From the NCBI GenBank assembly GCA_944393245.1, contig CALXZM010000005.1:22393-86392 (forward strand): DNA of 64,000 nucleotides. Direction: 5' to 3'. This document shows, piece by piece, positions 37,577-47,542 of the stretch. Each line of letters starts with the position of its first letter. Within the stretch, counting starts at the first letter, position 1. Under the pieces are notes generated by a model, which saw only the letters and a program-made list of their open reading frames with translations, searched no databases and was not told where the DNA came from. A program made the translations under genes and the position numbers. The stretch comes from an uncultured Alphaproteobacteria bacterium (GTDB taxonomy: Bacteria; Pseudomonadota; Alphaproteobacteria; Rs-D84).

Positions 37577-38320
37577 TTACTTTATTTCAAATGTTGCAGA
37601 TACGGTAACGGAAACCTCGGTATCCTTGGCAACAATGCTGCCAGCGGCGGAAAAAGCCTCGGCATCGGCGACCGCCATTTTTGCAGACGCGGTCAGGAAA
37701 TTAGACGCACGTGGCTGAATTGATGACGAACCGCCAACATTATATGAAACGCTTAACATTTTTCCGGCACTGCGACCATCGCCCGCCGCCAATGCATCGG
37801 CGCGTTCACGTGCATTTTCAACCGCCGCCCCCAGGCAATCTTCTAATATTGGTTTCATAGCCTCGGCACTGGTGTACATGCGCAGATTTTCAGAATAAAC
37901 ATCTTCCTGGCCGGCGAACTGGGTCAGAATTTTTTCGATTGTTTCAATATTATCGGCGGAAACTTCGATTGCGATTGTTGTTTCAGTGCCCAACACAACG
38001 GATTTTTCCAATTCGCGATTCCATTCACTGCGTTCATACGAATTAAATTCAGTCGTCTGCATTTGCACGTCCTGGGTCTTTAAATAATTCGTTATTTCCG
38101 CAATTTTTGCAGTTGCCATTTTCATTGATGTGGCCGCTGATTTATCCAATGTGGTGACACGCAGTGTGATTGCAGTTCTGTCTTTTGGTACAGATGTTAA
38201 ACATTCACCATTAACGGATATTACACGTGGTGTATCCGGTTTGTCCAACCACCCAAACAACAGTGCCAACACGGCACCAACGCCGATTACACTGCCCGTC
38301 CAAATTAATGCGTTTTTCAT
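37577..38320 (-). CDS. SIMPL (DUF541) protein
   Basis: ISVNGE...AVENARERADALA...VSVTVSATFEI. Confidence 0.8.
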   Translation of the reverse strand: MKNALIWTGSVIGVGAVLALLFGWLDKPDTPRVISVNGECLTSVPKDRTAITLRVTTLDKSAATSMKMATAKIAEITNYLKTQDVQMQTTEFNSYERSEWNRELEKSVVLGTETTIAIEVSADNIETIEKILTQFAGQEDVYSENLRMYTSAEAMKPILEDCLGAAVENARERADALAAGDGRSAGKMLSVSYNVGGSSSIQPRASNFLTASAKMAVADAEAFSAAGSIVAKDTEVSVTVSATFEIK

Positions 38321-38355
38321 ATTTTCTTTCTCCTTTCCTGGTTTTGTTTTTTTCT

Positions 38356-39351
38356 TTATTTACCCAACATTGCACGACGAACACGTTCATACGTTTTTTC
38401 GGCAACAACCCGCGCAGATGCGGCACCATTTGCCAAAATCGGTTCCAATTCTGATGTGTTCGCCATTAATCGTTCGTATTCGGCACGCGGACCAGATAAA
38501 ACAGAATTTATTTTTTCAAATAATTCCTGCTTGGCATCGCCATATCCCATGCCGCCACGTTCAAAACGTACCCGCAAATCCGCAATTTCATCACCAGACG
38601 CAAAATGTTTGTATAATTGAAATATTGTGGATTCATCTGGATTTTTTGGTTCGGCCGGTAATTTACTGTCCGTAATTATGCGCATTATTTTTTTACGCAA
38701 TTCTGATTCAGATGCAAACAGTGGAATCACATTATCATAAGATTTACTCATTTTGCGACCGTCCAAACCAGGAATAATGCCCGTTTCAGCCCCAATCATT
38801 GGTTCCGGTAATTTAAATGTTTTTCCATATATATTGTTAAAATATCCCGCAATATCACGTGTAAATTCAACATGCTGTTTCTGGTCCGCACCAACCGGGA
38901 CAACGTCGGCATCATATAACAATATATCAGCCGCCATTAATATCGGATATGTGTACAGTCCCATATTTATCCCGGCATCAATATCCACACCCGCGGCCAG
39001 ATTTTTATCTGTGGCGGCCTTGTACGAATGGGCACGATTCATTAATCCCTTGGGCGTTACATTCATCAACATGGTGGCCAGTTGGGAAACCTGGACAATG
39101 TCGGATTGGCGGAATAAAACCGCATTATTCATGTTCAGCCCCAATGCAATCATAATGGCCGCAATTTCATATGTATGTTTGCGAATTTCATCTGGATTAT
39201 GGATTATATTCAATGCATGCAAATCCGCGATAAAAATAAATGTTTTATTTGTTTGTGACATTTCCACCAATGGCTTTAACGCCGCAACATAATTACCCAT
39301 GTGTGGGGTACCGGTGGGTTTTATCCCGGTTAAAACGATTTGCTGTGTCAT
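38356..39351 (-). CDS. trpS: Tryptophan-tRNA ligase
   Basis: HMGN, YPILMAADIL, KMSKS. Confidence 0.95.
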   Translation of the reverse strand: MTQQIVLTGIKPTGTPHMGNYVAALKPLVEMSQTNKTFIFIADLHALNIIHNPDEIRKHTYEIAAIMIALGLNMNNAVLFRQSDIVQVSQLATMLMNVTPKGLMNRAHSYKAATDKNLAAGVDIDAGINMGLYTYPILMAADILLYDADVVPVGADQKQHVEFTRDIAGYFNNIYGKTFKLPEPMIGAETGIIPGLDGRKMSKSYDNVIPLFASESELRKKIMRIITDSKLPAEPKNPDESTIFQLYKHFASGDEIADLRVRFERGGMGYGDAKQELFEKINSVLSGPRAEYERLMANTSELEPILANGAASARVVAEKTYERVRRAMLGK

Positions 39352-39408
39352 TTATCAATCCTTTTGTGTGTAATGATATATTGTTTGCGTTTCTTTTACC
39401 AGTAAAAA

Positions 39409-39434
39409 GAAATCCCGCCGGAATCGGCGGGATT
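39409..39434 (-). terminator. rpsD terminator
   Basis: AATCCCGCCG-GAAT-CGGCGGGATT with T-rich tail on - strand. Confidence 0.7.
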
Positions 39435-39453
39435 GAATTTGTTCGCGTATGTT

Positions 39454-40086
39454 TTAACGTGAATAGAATTCGACGACCAATTCCGGGAACATCTGAACAG
39501 GATATGGAACATCTTCGAACAAAGGTACGCGCGTAAATGTCGCGGTAAAGTTCGCACTGTCCACATTGATATAATCCGGCCAATTGCGTTCCGCCGATTC
39601 CAACGCCAAAACAACCAATGGCATTTGCTTTGCCTTGTCCCCAACGGTGATAACATCACCGGGTTTTACCTGGTACGATGCGATTTTAACACGTTTGCCG
39701 TTGACATAGATATGACCGTGGCTGACCAATTGACGGGCTGAAAAAACAGTCGGTGCCAATTTTGCACGATATACAACCGCATCCAAACGGCGTTCCAACA
39801 AACCAATCAAATTATCCGGCGTATCACCACGCATATTGGACGCTTCCAGATAATAAGAACGGAATTTCTTTTCGCCAATATTGCCATAGTAACCCTTTAA
39901 GGTCTGTTTTGCACGCATCTGTTTTGCGTAATCAGACGAATTGCCGCCACGTGATGTTGGACCATGCTGACCTGGCTTGTACTTGCGCTTGTTAAACGGT
40001 GATTTAGCCTGGCCCCACAGATTGACACCCAAACTGCGGCCGATTTTTAATTTTCTTGTGCTGCGCTTTGCGCCTGCTCTTGCCAT
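39454..40086 (-). CDS. rpsD: 30S ribosomal protein S4
   Basis: [32 protein letters not shown]. Confidence 0.97.
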   Translation of the reverse strand: MARAGAKRSTRKLKIGRSLGVNLWGQAKSPFNKRKYKPGQHGPTSRGGNSSDYAKQMRAKQTLKGYYGNIGEKKFRSYYLEASNMRGDTPDNLIGLLERRLDAVVYRAKLAPTVFSARQLVSHGHIYVNGKRVKIASYQVKPGDVITVGDKAKQMPLVVLALESAERNWPDYINVDSANFTATFTRVPLFEDVPYPVQMFPELVVEFYSR

Positions 40087-40235
40087 AATTTATCCTTTTT
40101 CTTTTGGTTTTTCGGTGCCGGACATTTCACAGAATCCTTATCGACAATATGACCAAAAGACATACCGCTTATTCAGTTCTGGTTATCCAGCGTCGCCCAG
40201 TTTATAATGTTTTTGCCCAAAAATCAAGTTTTTTA

Positions 40236-40775
40236 TTAAAACTTTACCCGGGGTGCCACACGTTCGGCATCGTCCATTTCAAACATCTTTTCCGGGGTGA
40301 TGTTAAACATACGCGCAACAATGTTTGACGGAAATTGTTCAATCTGGGTATTCAGCCCCATAACAACATTATTATAAAACTGACGCGCGGCCTGAATTTT
40401 TGTTTCCGTATCGGTCAATTCACGCTGTAATTCCAGAAAGTTTTCATTCGCACGCAATGTCGGATAATTTTCAGACACCGCAAACAAACTTTTCAATGTT
40501 TCAGTCAAATGATTTTCCGCATCTGCACGATTTGCACCATTGGCCGCCATTGCCGCATCACGCGCCGCTGTAACCGCGGTCAGTGTTTCACGTTCATGCT
40601 TTGCTGCGCCCCGTACCGTTTCAATCAAGTTCGGAATTAAATCATATCGACGTTTTAACTGTGTATCGATTGTGGACCATGCTTCACGCACCTGGTTGCG
40701 ACGTGATACCAGACCGTTGTACACCATTATAAAATACAATAATACGACGGCAATAATTGCAATTGTAACCCACAT
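40236..40775 (-). CDS. lemA: LemA family protein
   Basis: QLKRRYDLIPNL, ENYPTLRANENF. Confidence 0.92.
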   Translation of the reverse strand: MWVTIAIIAVVLLYFIMVYNGLVSRRNQVREAWSTIDTQLKRRYDLIPNLIETVRGAAKHERETLTAVTAARDAAMAANGANRADAENHLTETLKSLFAVSENYPTLRANENFLELQRELTDTETKIQAARQFYNNVVMGLNTQIEQFPSNIVARMFNITPEKMFEMDDAERVAPRVKF

Positions 40776-40931
40776 AGAAAACTCCTTTCGTTTTATGACA
40801 GGTTTATTTTATACGCGTACTGATTAAAATCAAAGTGTTTTTTCGTTAATGGTTGCCAGTTACTTGTTAACCTAACAATAAAAAAATCCCACCAATCGGC
40901 GGGATTTTTTATAGAACAAAATTCAAACGAT

Positions 40932-41204
40932 TTAGTTCAAAGCATCTTTCAAAGCCTTGCCCGGTTTGAATTTCGGCTGAGTAGAAGCCGGGATTTTGAT
41001 TGCAGCACCCGTTTGTGGGTTGCGACCGGTTGTGGCCTTGCGCTTTGCGGTTGTAAATGTACCGAAACCGACCAAGCGAACTTCGCCCTTCTTTTTCAGA
41101 ACTTTTGTAACCGTGTTGATGAATGCATCCAGGCATGCAGCGGCTGTTGCCTTGGTTACTTCTACTTCGTTTGCGATTGCTTCTATCAATTGCTGTTTGT
41201 TCAT
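40932..41204 (-). CDS. hup: HU DNA-binding protein
   Basis: MNKQQLI, GFGTF, GRNPQTG, FKPGKALKD. Confidence 0.95.
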   Translation of the reverse strand: MNKQQLIEAIANEVEVTKATAAACLDAFINTVTKVLKKKGEVRLVGFGTFTTAKRKATTGRNPQTGAAIKIPASTQPKFKPGKALKDALN

Positions 41205-41436
41205 TTGTTTCTCCTTTCTATAAATTTATATAAGGTGTCCGGCAGTCCCAAGGCAATGTCTGTGGAATTAATATTGCGTGGATATGCGCCACTTTTTAAC
41301 AACACAATGGTGCAACATGTTATATTCCACGGACATTGCCTGTGCTGCTTGTACGAATCGTAGAGAATTCGGGCCTTTAAGTCAAGAGCATATTTAATTT
41401 TTGCAATTTTTTGTAAAAGTTGACAAAAACCGAAAA

Positions 41437-41913
41437 TTAATTGTGAACCGCATCAGAACGCACCGCACGCGCGCCAGGCGTATCACTTTCACACAAAACG
41501 TATTGCCCAGGCAGACCATCCACCGTTACTGAACGAAAATAATTCGGCGTCATAACAAACAGCGTTACTATCACCGCAACCCAAAATGTGAACTTGGTCA
41601 TTTGCCAAGGTTTCTGGAAACTGTCACGTTTGAAAGAATCCGCCAATAAATTTTGATACAATGCCCAACCCCAACTGAACATCAATAACATAATCGTCGC
41701 AAACAACGCGATTATCAGGTATTTGTGAAATGGCTGTAATGCAGTGGCAAAACCATCCCAAAATGTACTGGTCGTGGGGCATATATATAATGCATATGCG
41801 GCCGATTCTGGCGATAACGCAACCGGCGCATTCGGTGCCAATTGCAATCCGAATGAAACAACAACAACAATCGCCACCAGGCATACTATCGCAAACAGCA
41901 TCAACGGTTTCAT
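41437..41913 (-). CDS. Hypothetical membrane protein
   Basis: Three hydrophobic segments. Confidence 0.6.
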   Translation of the reverse strand: MKPLMLFAIVCLVAIVVVVSFGLQLAPNAPVALSPESAAYALYICPTTSTFWDGFATALQPFHKYLIIALFATIMLLMFSWGWALYQNLLADSFKRDSFQKPWQMTKFTFWVAVIVTLFVMTPNYFRSVTVDGLPGQYVLCESDTPGARAVRSDAVHN

Positions 41914-41959
41914 TTGTTTGATTCCTTGAAATCTTTGTTATATATTATATCACAAACAA

Positions 41960-42805
41960 TTGATTTTTTATAAACTTTTATTTACAATCATCGTCATGAT
42001 GCACAGAAAAAATAACATCGTTGTCGGATTAACAACATTCAATAATGAAATGTTGCGAATTTCTGTGCCTGTGTTGGGAAAAATACGCCAAAAATTTATG
42101 CTGGTTGTGTATAACGACAACCCAATGACAAATGTTACGCGGCGACAAATCAGGCGTATGGGGTACTGTGGCGATTTACAGGTAATAAATGCCAATGAAA
42201 ACGTTGGTGAATTACGTGCACGCATGGCGATTGTTGATGCAGTACGAACAATGAACCCAGATTGGATTATTTTTTGCGATGATGACGATTTGTTAACAAA
42301 TATTGATATACCAAATGTATCACCTGATAATTTCGCAATCATGCAAAACGCAATTGTTATAAAGCATCGCGTTGGTGATTTGTTGCACGCAATTGACAAC
42401 CCAAATGAAATTGAATGTGATGGCGAAAATATTGAATTACGTCGTCCAAATATGGCAATTGCAGGAACCCCCGTGCGGGCCAATGTTCTAATCGGCCTGG
42501 GGGATATTTTACGTAAAATTTCCGACACCATCAGTGACATAGATGACGGATTGGATTTCTGTCCACCCGTCGATGAAATAATGTGGAATTTTGTAAACAT
42601 TTATGCACGCAGTATTAATCCTGATGCGGTTCCAATATATATGGACCAAACCAGTTATATAAAAAATGATATTGACACCGCACGTATAAAGTACGGCCGC
42701 TTGGCACGCCCAACCCGTAATGCCAACGATCAATATCACCGCATAATTGATAAATATAACGCAGTGTTACACAGTGCATTGGATGTGGCGGCCCTGCGGG
42801 GCTAG
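41960..42805 (+). CDS. Glycosyltransferase family 2-like protein
   Basis: WIIFCDDDD (DxD); start uncertain (ATG ~41996 possible). Confidence 0.55.
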   Translation: MIFYKLLFTIIVMMHRKNNIVVGLTTFNNEMLRISVPVLGKIRQKFMLVVYNDNPMTNVTRRQIRRMGYCGDLQVINANENVGELRARMAIVDAVRTMNPDWIIFCDDDDLLTNIDIPNVSPDNFAIMQNAIVIKHRVGDLLHAIDNPNEIECDGENIELRRPNMAIAGTPVRANVLIGLGDILRKISDTISDIDDGLDFCPPVDEIMWNFVNIYARSINPDAVPIYMDQTSYIKNDIDTARIKYGRLARPTRNANDQYHRIIDKYNAVLHSALDVAALRG

Positions 42806-42910
42806 TATTAATATTTTTTCAATCGCTGAATTGTTGTTAAAACAAATATATAATTGAAACATCGGTACAATGTGTATAAAATTGAACCGATAAACCCAGG
42901 GAATTGTACA

Positions 42911-44968
42911 ATGAAATATAATGACATTCGTAAAACTTTCTTAGACTTCTTTGAATCCAAGGGACACAAAATTGTGCCGTCTGCATCATTAATACCAAAC
43001 GACCCAACATTGCTGTTCACGGTTGCCGGAATGGTTCCATGGAAGGGTATTTTACAGGGCACTGAACCTGCGTTTGCACCACGCGTTGCCGATGTGCAAA
43101 AATGCATTCGCGCGGGTGGTAAACATAATGATTTGGACGAAGTTGGTTTTGATGGACGCCATCATACATTCTTTGAAATGTTGGGCAATTGGTCTTTTGG
43201 CGATTATTTCAAGGCTTGCGCGATTGAAATGTCGTGGGAATTGTTGACCGATGTTTTAAAACTGGACCCCGCAAGACTGCGCGTAACAACCCACGTCAGC
43301 GATGATGAATCAACCGAAATCTGGCGACGTGTTGCCGGCAAGGAAGCAATCCGTTTGGGTGATAAAGACAACTGGTGGTCGGCGGGGGACACTGGTCCAT
43401 GTGGCCCGTGCACGGAAATATTTTATGATTTCGGGGCAGATATTGAAAACGAAGACGACCGTTGGGTTGAAATCTGGAACGACGTATTTATGCAGTACGA
43501 CCGCGATGCAAATGGAAATCTGACACCGTTGCCACAGCAAAACGTCGATACAGGCGCGGGACTGGAACGTTGGGCCGCACTGTTACAGGGCAAAATTGAT
43601 AATTATGATACCGATTTGTTTTCAAATCTGATTAATGCAATTCAGGATGTTACAGGTGTTAAAAAAACACTTGAAAATACATCTTCGTTCAAAGTAATTG
43701 CAGACCATCTGCGCGCGGTTGGTTTCGCCATTGCTGACGGCGTCATCCCCAGCAATACCGATCGTGGATACGTCATTCGTCGCATATTACGTCGCGCAAT
43801 GCGGCATGGGCAAATGTTGGGGCATCGTGGGGCATTGTTGTCAAAATTGTACCCTGCCCTGATTACAGAAATGGGTGCGGCATATCCAGAACTGGCCCGC
43901 GAAGAAAAACGCGTTGTTGAAATTATTCAAAATGAAGAAAATGCCTTTGCCGACATGTTGCAAAATGGAATCAAATTATTAGACGTTGAAATTCCTAAGG
44001 TGCAAAATGGCATATTGCCGGGTGCCGTTGCGTTTAAATTATTTGATACATACGGCTTTCCGTTGGATTTGACACAAATGATTCTGCGCGAAAAAAACAT
44101 TGACGTCGATGTGGACGCATTTGAACGCGAAATGGCCGAACAAAAGGAACGCAGTCGCGCCAATACCAAGGGTACGCGCACATTGTGGGAATCCCAAACC
44201 CAGTTACCCGCAACAGACGATGTAACAAAATATTCCCCCGATGATGCAATGGAATCCAAGGTGCTGTCAATTCTGCGCGACGGCGAATTTGTGCAAAGTG
44301 CGAACCCAGGTGATAATATAGAGGTCGCATTAGATAAAACAAATTTCTATGGTACCCAGGGTGGCCAGGTCGGCGATTCAGGCGAACTGATATCCGATGG
44401 AAAAACAGTTATGACCGTGACCGAAGCCGCCCGTGTCGATAATATCGTTATACACAAGGGAACCCTGGCCGCGCCATTGTCCATCGGTGACACAGTACAG
44501 ACAAAAATAAACACCGCCACGCGTCAGCAAACGGCACGCGCACACACGGCAACACATCTGTTACAGGCGGCGTTACGTCATGTATTAAACGAAGACGTTG
44601 AACAACGCGGATCAAAGGTTTCGCCGGATTCAGTACGATTTGACTTTTCATTTGGGCGTGCAATGACCGCAGATGAAAAACAGGCGGTTGAAGATTTGGT
44701 CAACAAATGGATTTCGGCCGATATGCCCGTATCGCACGAAGAAATGTCACTGGACGATGCAAAGAAACGTGGCGCAATGGCATTGTTTGGTGAAAAATAT
44801 GGCGACACGGTAAAGGTTATTACCGCGGGCGATGTATCATGCGAACTGTGTGGTGGAACACACGTTTATCACACCGGCGAAATAATACATGCACGTGTAA
44901 ACAAAGAAAAATCCATCAGCAGTGGTATTCGACGTATAACAATGTCAGTTGGAACATTGGCCGAATAA
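42911..44968 (+). CDS. alaS: Alanine-tRNA ligase lacking the C-Ala domain
   Basis: DPTLLFTVAGM, HHTFFEMLGN, HTATHLL, ELCGGTH. Confidence 0.95.
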   Translation: MKYNDIRKTFLDFFESKGHKIVPSASLIPNDPTLLFTVAGMVPWKGILQGTEPAFAPRVADVQKCIRAGGKHNDLDEVGFDGRHHTFFEMLGNWSFGDYFKACAIEMSWELLTDVLKLDPARLRVTTHVSDDESTEIWRRVAGKEAIRLGDKDNWWSAGDTGPCGPCTEIFYDFGADIENEDDRWVEIWNDVFMQYDRDANGNLTPLPQQNVDTGAGLERWAALLQGKIDNYDTDLFSNLINAIQDVTGVKKTLENTSSFKVIADHLRAVGFAIADGVIPSNTDRGYVIRRILRRAMRHGQMLGHRGALLSKLYPALITEMGAAYPELAREEKRVVEIIQNEENAFADMLQNGIKLLDVEIPKVQNGILPGAVAFKLFDTYGFPLDLTQMILREKNIDVDVDAFEREMAEQKERSRANTKGTRTLWESQTQLPATDDVTKYSPDDAMESKVLSILRDGEFVQSANPGDNIEVALDKTNFYGTQGGQVGDSGELISDGKTVMTVTEAARVDNIVIHKGTLAAPLSIGDTVQTKINTATRQQTARAHTATHLLQAALRHVLNEDVEQRGSKVSPDSVRFDFSFGRAMTADEKQAVEDLVNKWISADMPVSHEEMSLDDAKKRGAMALFGEKYGDTVKVITAGDVSCELCGGTHVYHTGEIIHARVNKEKSISSGIRRITMSVGTLAE

Positions 44969-44993
44969 AAAAACGGGGCATTTGGCCCCGTTT

Positions 44994-46796
44994 TTATTTT
45001 TGAACAAAATGCACACTGTATTGTGGCTTTTTATCTGCGCCCAATGACGCACGGACAACCTTGTTCGATGCGGATTGCACCGTACGTATCAGATTGTTTT
45101 TATCCTTGCGTTCGGCCTTGGTCAATTCGTCAATTGCACGTGTTATTTCAATCTGAATTTGACGTTTCATAAATCCTGTATCATCGGTTTCAAATATACC
45201 GACACTGGATACTTCGGGTGTGCCCTTCAGAAAGCCACGCTTGTCCACAGGCAATGTTACGAATATCGCACCATTGGATGCAATTTTTTTACGTGTTTTA
45301 TATACTGGGTCGTCTGTGCTGCGTTCGGTTTCGCCCTCCATCACGACAAAGCCCGTTTCAATTGTTTCAGCAATATATGGTGCCTGGCCATCGGATAATG
45401 CGATCATTTCACCGTTATGCACAACCATCATATACTTTGCACCGCCACGTTCCATCGCCATTTTACCGTTCAGCATTTCATTTATATAATCGCCATGCAT
45501 TGGAACAGAAACCTGGGGATGGACCATGTCATAAAAACGTTCAAATTCTGGACGTCCTGCGTGACCACTGGCATGCAAATGATCGGTGTCGTAAATAGTA
45601 TGCGTTTTGATGCCCATGCGCGCCAATTTGTTATACAGGTATGAAACATCCTGTTCGCGCCCTGGAATAATTATTGAACTGAACAACACAGTATCCGTCG
45701 GTTGCAGTTTCATTTCCTTTACATGGCCACGACACAGACGTGTCAACATGGCGAACTGTTCACCCTGGGACCCGGTCAGGAATATAGCCTGCTTTTCAGC
45801 GGGCAAATCCTTGATTTCACTGTGCAGGTATACGTCATCCTTGGCCAAATAGCCAAATGCAATACCCATTTCACGGAATTCAGGCAACCCAACAAACGGC
45901 ACAGGATTCGGATTACTGCGTTCCTTTATCGCGGCAACACGCCCCGCGGCATGTGCTGCGTCGGCGAACATTTTCATACGCGCAATGGAACGCGAATACC
46001 CAGTGACCAATACGCGCCCGGGGGCGTTTTTCATGATTTCAGTCAAAGTGTCGCGAACCTGAATTTCTGTTGTTTGTGGTTCTTGGCGTGATGCAGATGT
46101 CGAATCACACATACATGCCAACAAATGTGGGTCAGACCCAATTTCGCGCAAGCGCGCATAATCGGTCGGATCTTCGATTGGATTATCATCATTGAATGTC
46201 CAGTCACCTGTATGCAGCACTTTGCCTGCACCAGTTTTAATGATTAACATTTGCGCTTCGGGTACGGAATGGGAAACATGGAATGTTTCAACCTGAAACG
46301 GGGCCAAATCCAACGTCGCGCCATGATAATCAAATTCAATAATGTCTGTTTCCGGATTGAAATCTATTTCAACACCACGGAACGTTTGACGTAAAATTTC
46401 CGCAGGGAAACGCGTGCAATATATGGGCTTTCTAAATTTAGGCCATATAAATTTTAACGCGCCGATGTGATCTTCGTGTCCATGGGTCAGAACAAATCCG
46501 ACAACATCTTTCTTGCGCTTTTCCAACCATGTGGTATCGCAATACTGAACGTCGCCGGCACCAATTTCTTCCTCTAAGAAACCCATACCGCAATCAACGA
46601 CCAGATATTTACCCTTGTACTTGTATATATACATGTTCTGGCCGACGTGTTCCAACCCGCCCAGGGCCATAAAGTACAAATTTTCATCGTTTTTATCATT
46701 TTCATATTTATTCATACCAGTAATTTTTTCTGGCTTTTTTGGTGCTGGCCCGGCAACTGTTTCAGGCGCAGTCCGTTTTTCTTTTACCTTTACCAT
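44994..46796 (-). CDS. rnj: Ribonuclease J
   Basis: LGGLEHVGQN, THGHEDHIG, HASGH. Confidence 0.92.
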   Translation of the reverse strand: MVKVKEKRTAPETVAGPAPKKPEKITGMNKYENDKNDENLYFMALGGLEHVGQNMYIYKYKGKYLVVDCGMGFLEEEIGAGDVQYCDTTWLEKRKKDVVGFVLTHGHEDHIGALKFIWPKFRKPIYCTRFPAEILRQTFRGVEIDFNPETDIIEFDYHGATLDLAPFQVETFHVSHSVPEAQMLIIKTGAGKVLHTGDWTFNDDNPIEDPTDYARLREIGSDPHLLACMCDSTSASRQEPQTTEIQVRDTLTEIMKNAPGRVLVTGYSRSIARMKMFADAAHAAGRVAAIKERSNPNPVPFVGLPEFREMGIAFGYLAKDDVYLHSEIKDLPAEKQAIFLTGSQGEQFAMLTRLCRGHVKEMKLQPTDTVLFSSIIIPGREQDVSYLYNKLARMGIKTHTIYDTDHLHASGHAGRPEFERFYDMVHPQVSVPMHGDYINEMLNGKMAMERGGAKYMMVVHNGEMIALSDGQAPYIAETIETGFVVMEGETERSTDDPVYKTRKKIASNGAIFVTLPVDKRGFLKGTPEVSSVGIFETDDTGFMKRQIQIEITRAIDELTKAERKDKNNLIRTVQSASNKVVRASLGADKKPQYSVHFVQK

Positions 46797-47072
46797 ATAT
46801 AATCCTTTTTAATAGTTTTATTTATGCGCCACCACAAAATCCATTGCCAATAAAGAACATGTCTTTATTTGTAGTGAATCCGTGGTGGCGCGGCACACTT
46901 CCCCGCACGATTAATCAAAAATATAATTAAAACAACAGGGATCGTTTTTTTCGGAACGAATGTATCCGAAAATCTCTCTTACCCCGTTAATATTATTACT
47001 TTTTTAAGTAATTGCAAGGAGAAATAAAAAATACCGCCCAAATGGGCGGTTTTATTATATATCAATAAAAAT

Positions 47073-47417
47073 TTATTTTTTCCAGAAAGCAAAACCAGAA
47101 CGACGTTCGCTTTTTTCTGCGCGCTGTTTGCGATCTTCGATTGCACGGCGACGTTCTGCACGGCGTTCCTGAAAACGGCGGGCCGATTCTTCATCACGCT
47201 GAATCAGCTTTATCGTGGTAACAGATAATTTACCGTTGCGGACCTCTTCTTCAAATTCAACTATATCATTTTCATTCAAGAATCTGATACCTGCGGCCTT
47301 TAACGCACTGGAATGAACAAAAACATCGTCCATATTGCCTTCGTCATTCGGTGCATCCGGCGCAATAAAGCCGAAACATTTTTTACCATTGTACCATTTT
47401 ACTTTACCTTGACGCAT
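47073..47417 (-). CDS. Cold-shock domain protein with a basic C-terminal tail
   Basis: GKVKWYN...FGFI...DVFVH. Confidence 0.85.
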   Translation of the reverse strand: MRQGKVKWYNGKKCFGFIAPDAPNDEGNMDDVFVHSSALKAAGIRFLNENDIVEFEEEVRNGKLSVTTIKLIQRDEESARRFQERRAERRRAIEDRKQRAEKSERRSGFAFWKK

Positions 47418-47542
47418 AATGTGCCTTCCTTTCTTATGCTTGTTATACCATGAACCTGTAATAATTGTTACGAATAAAAATCCAGAAAGCAAGAAAAAAC
47501 GCCCCAGAAAAAATTGTTTGTTTTCCTGGGGCATTCAGGCAA

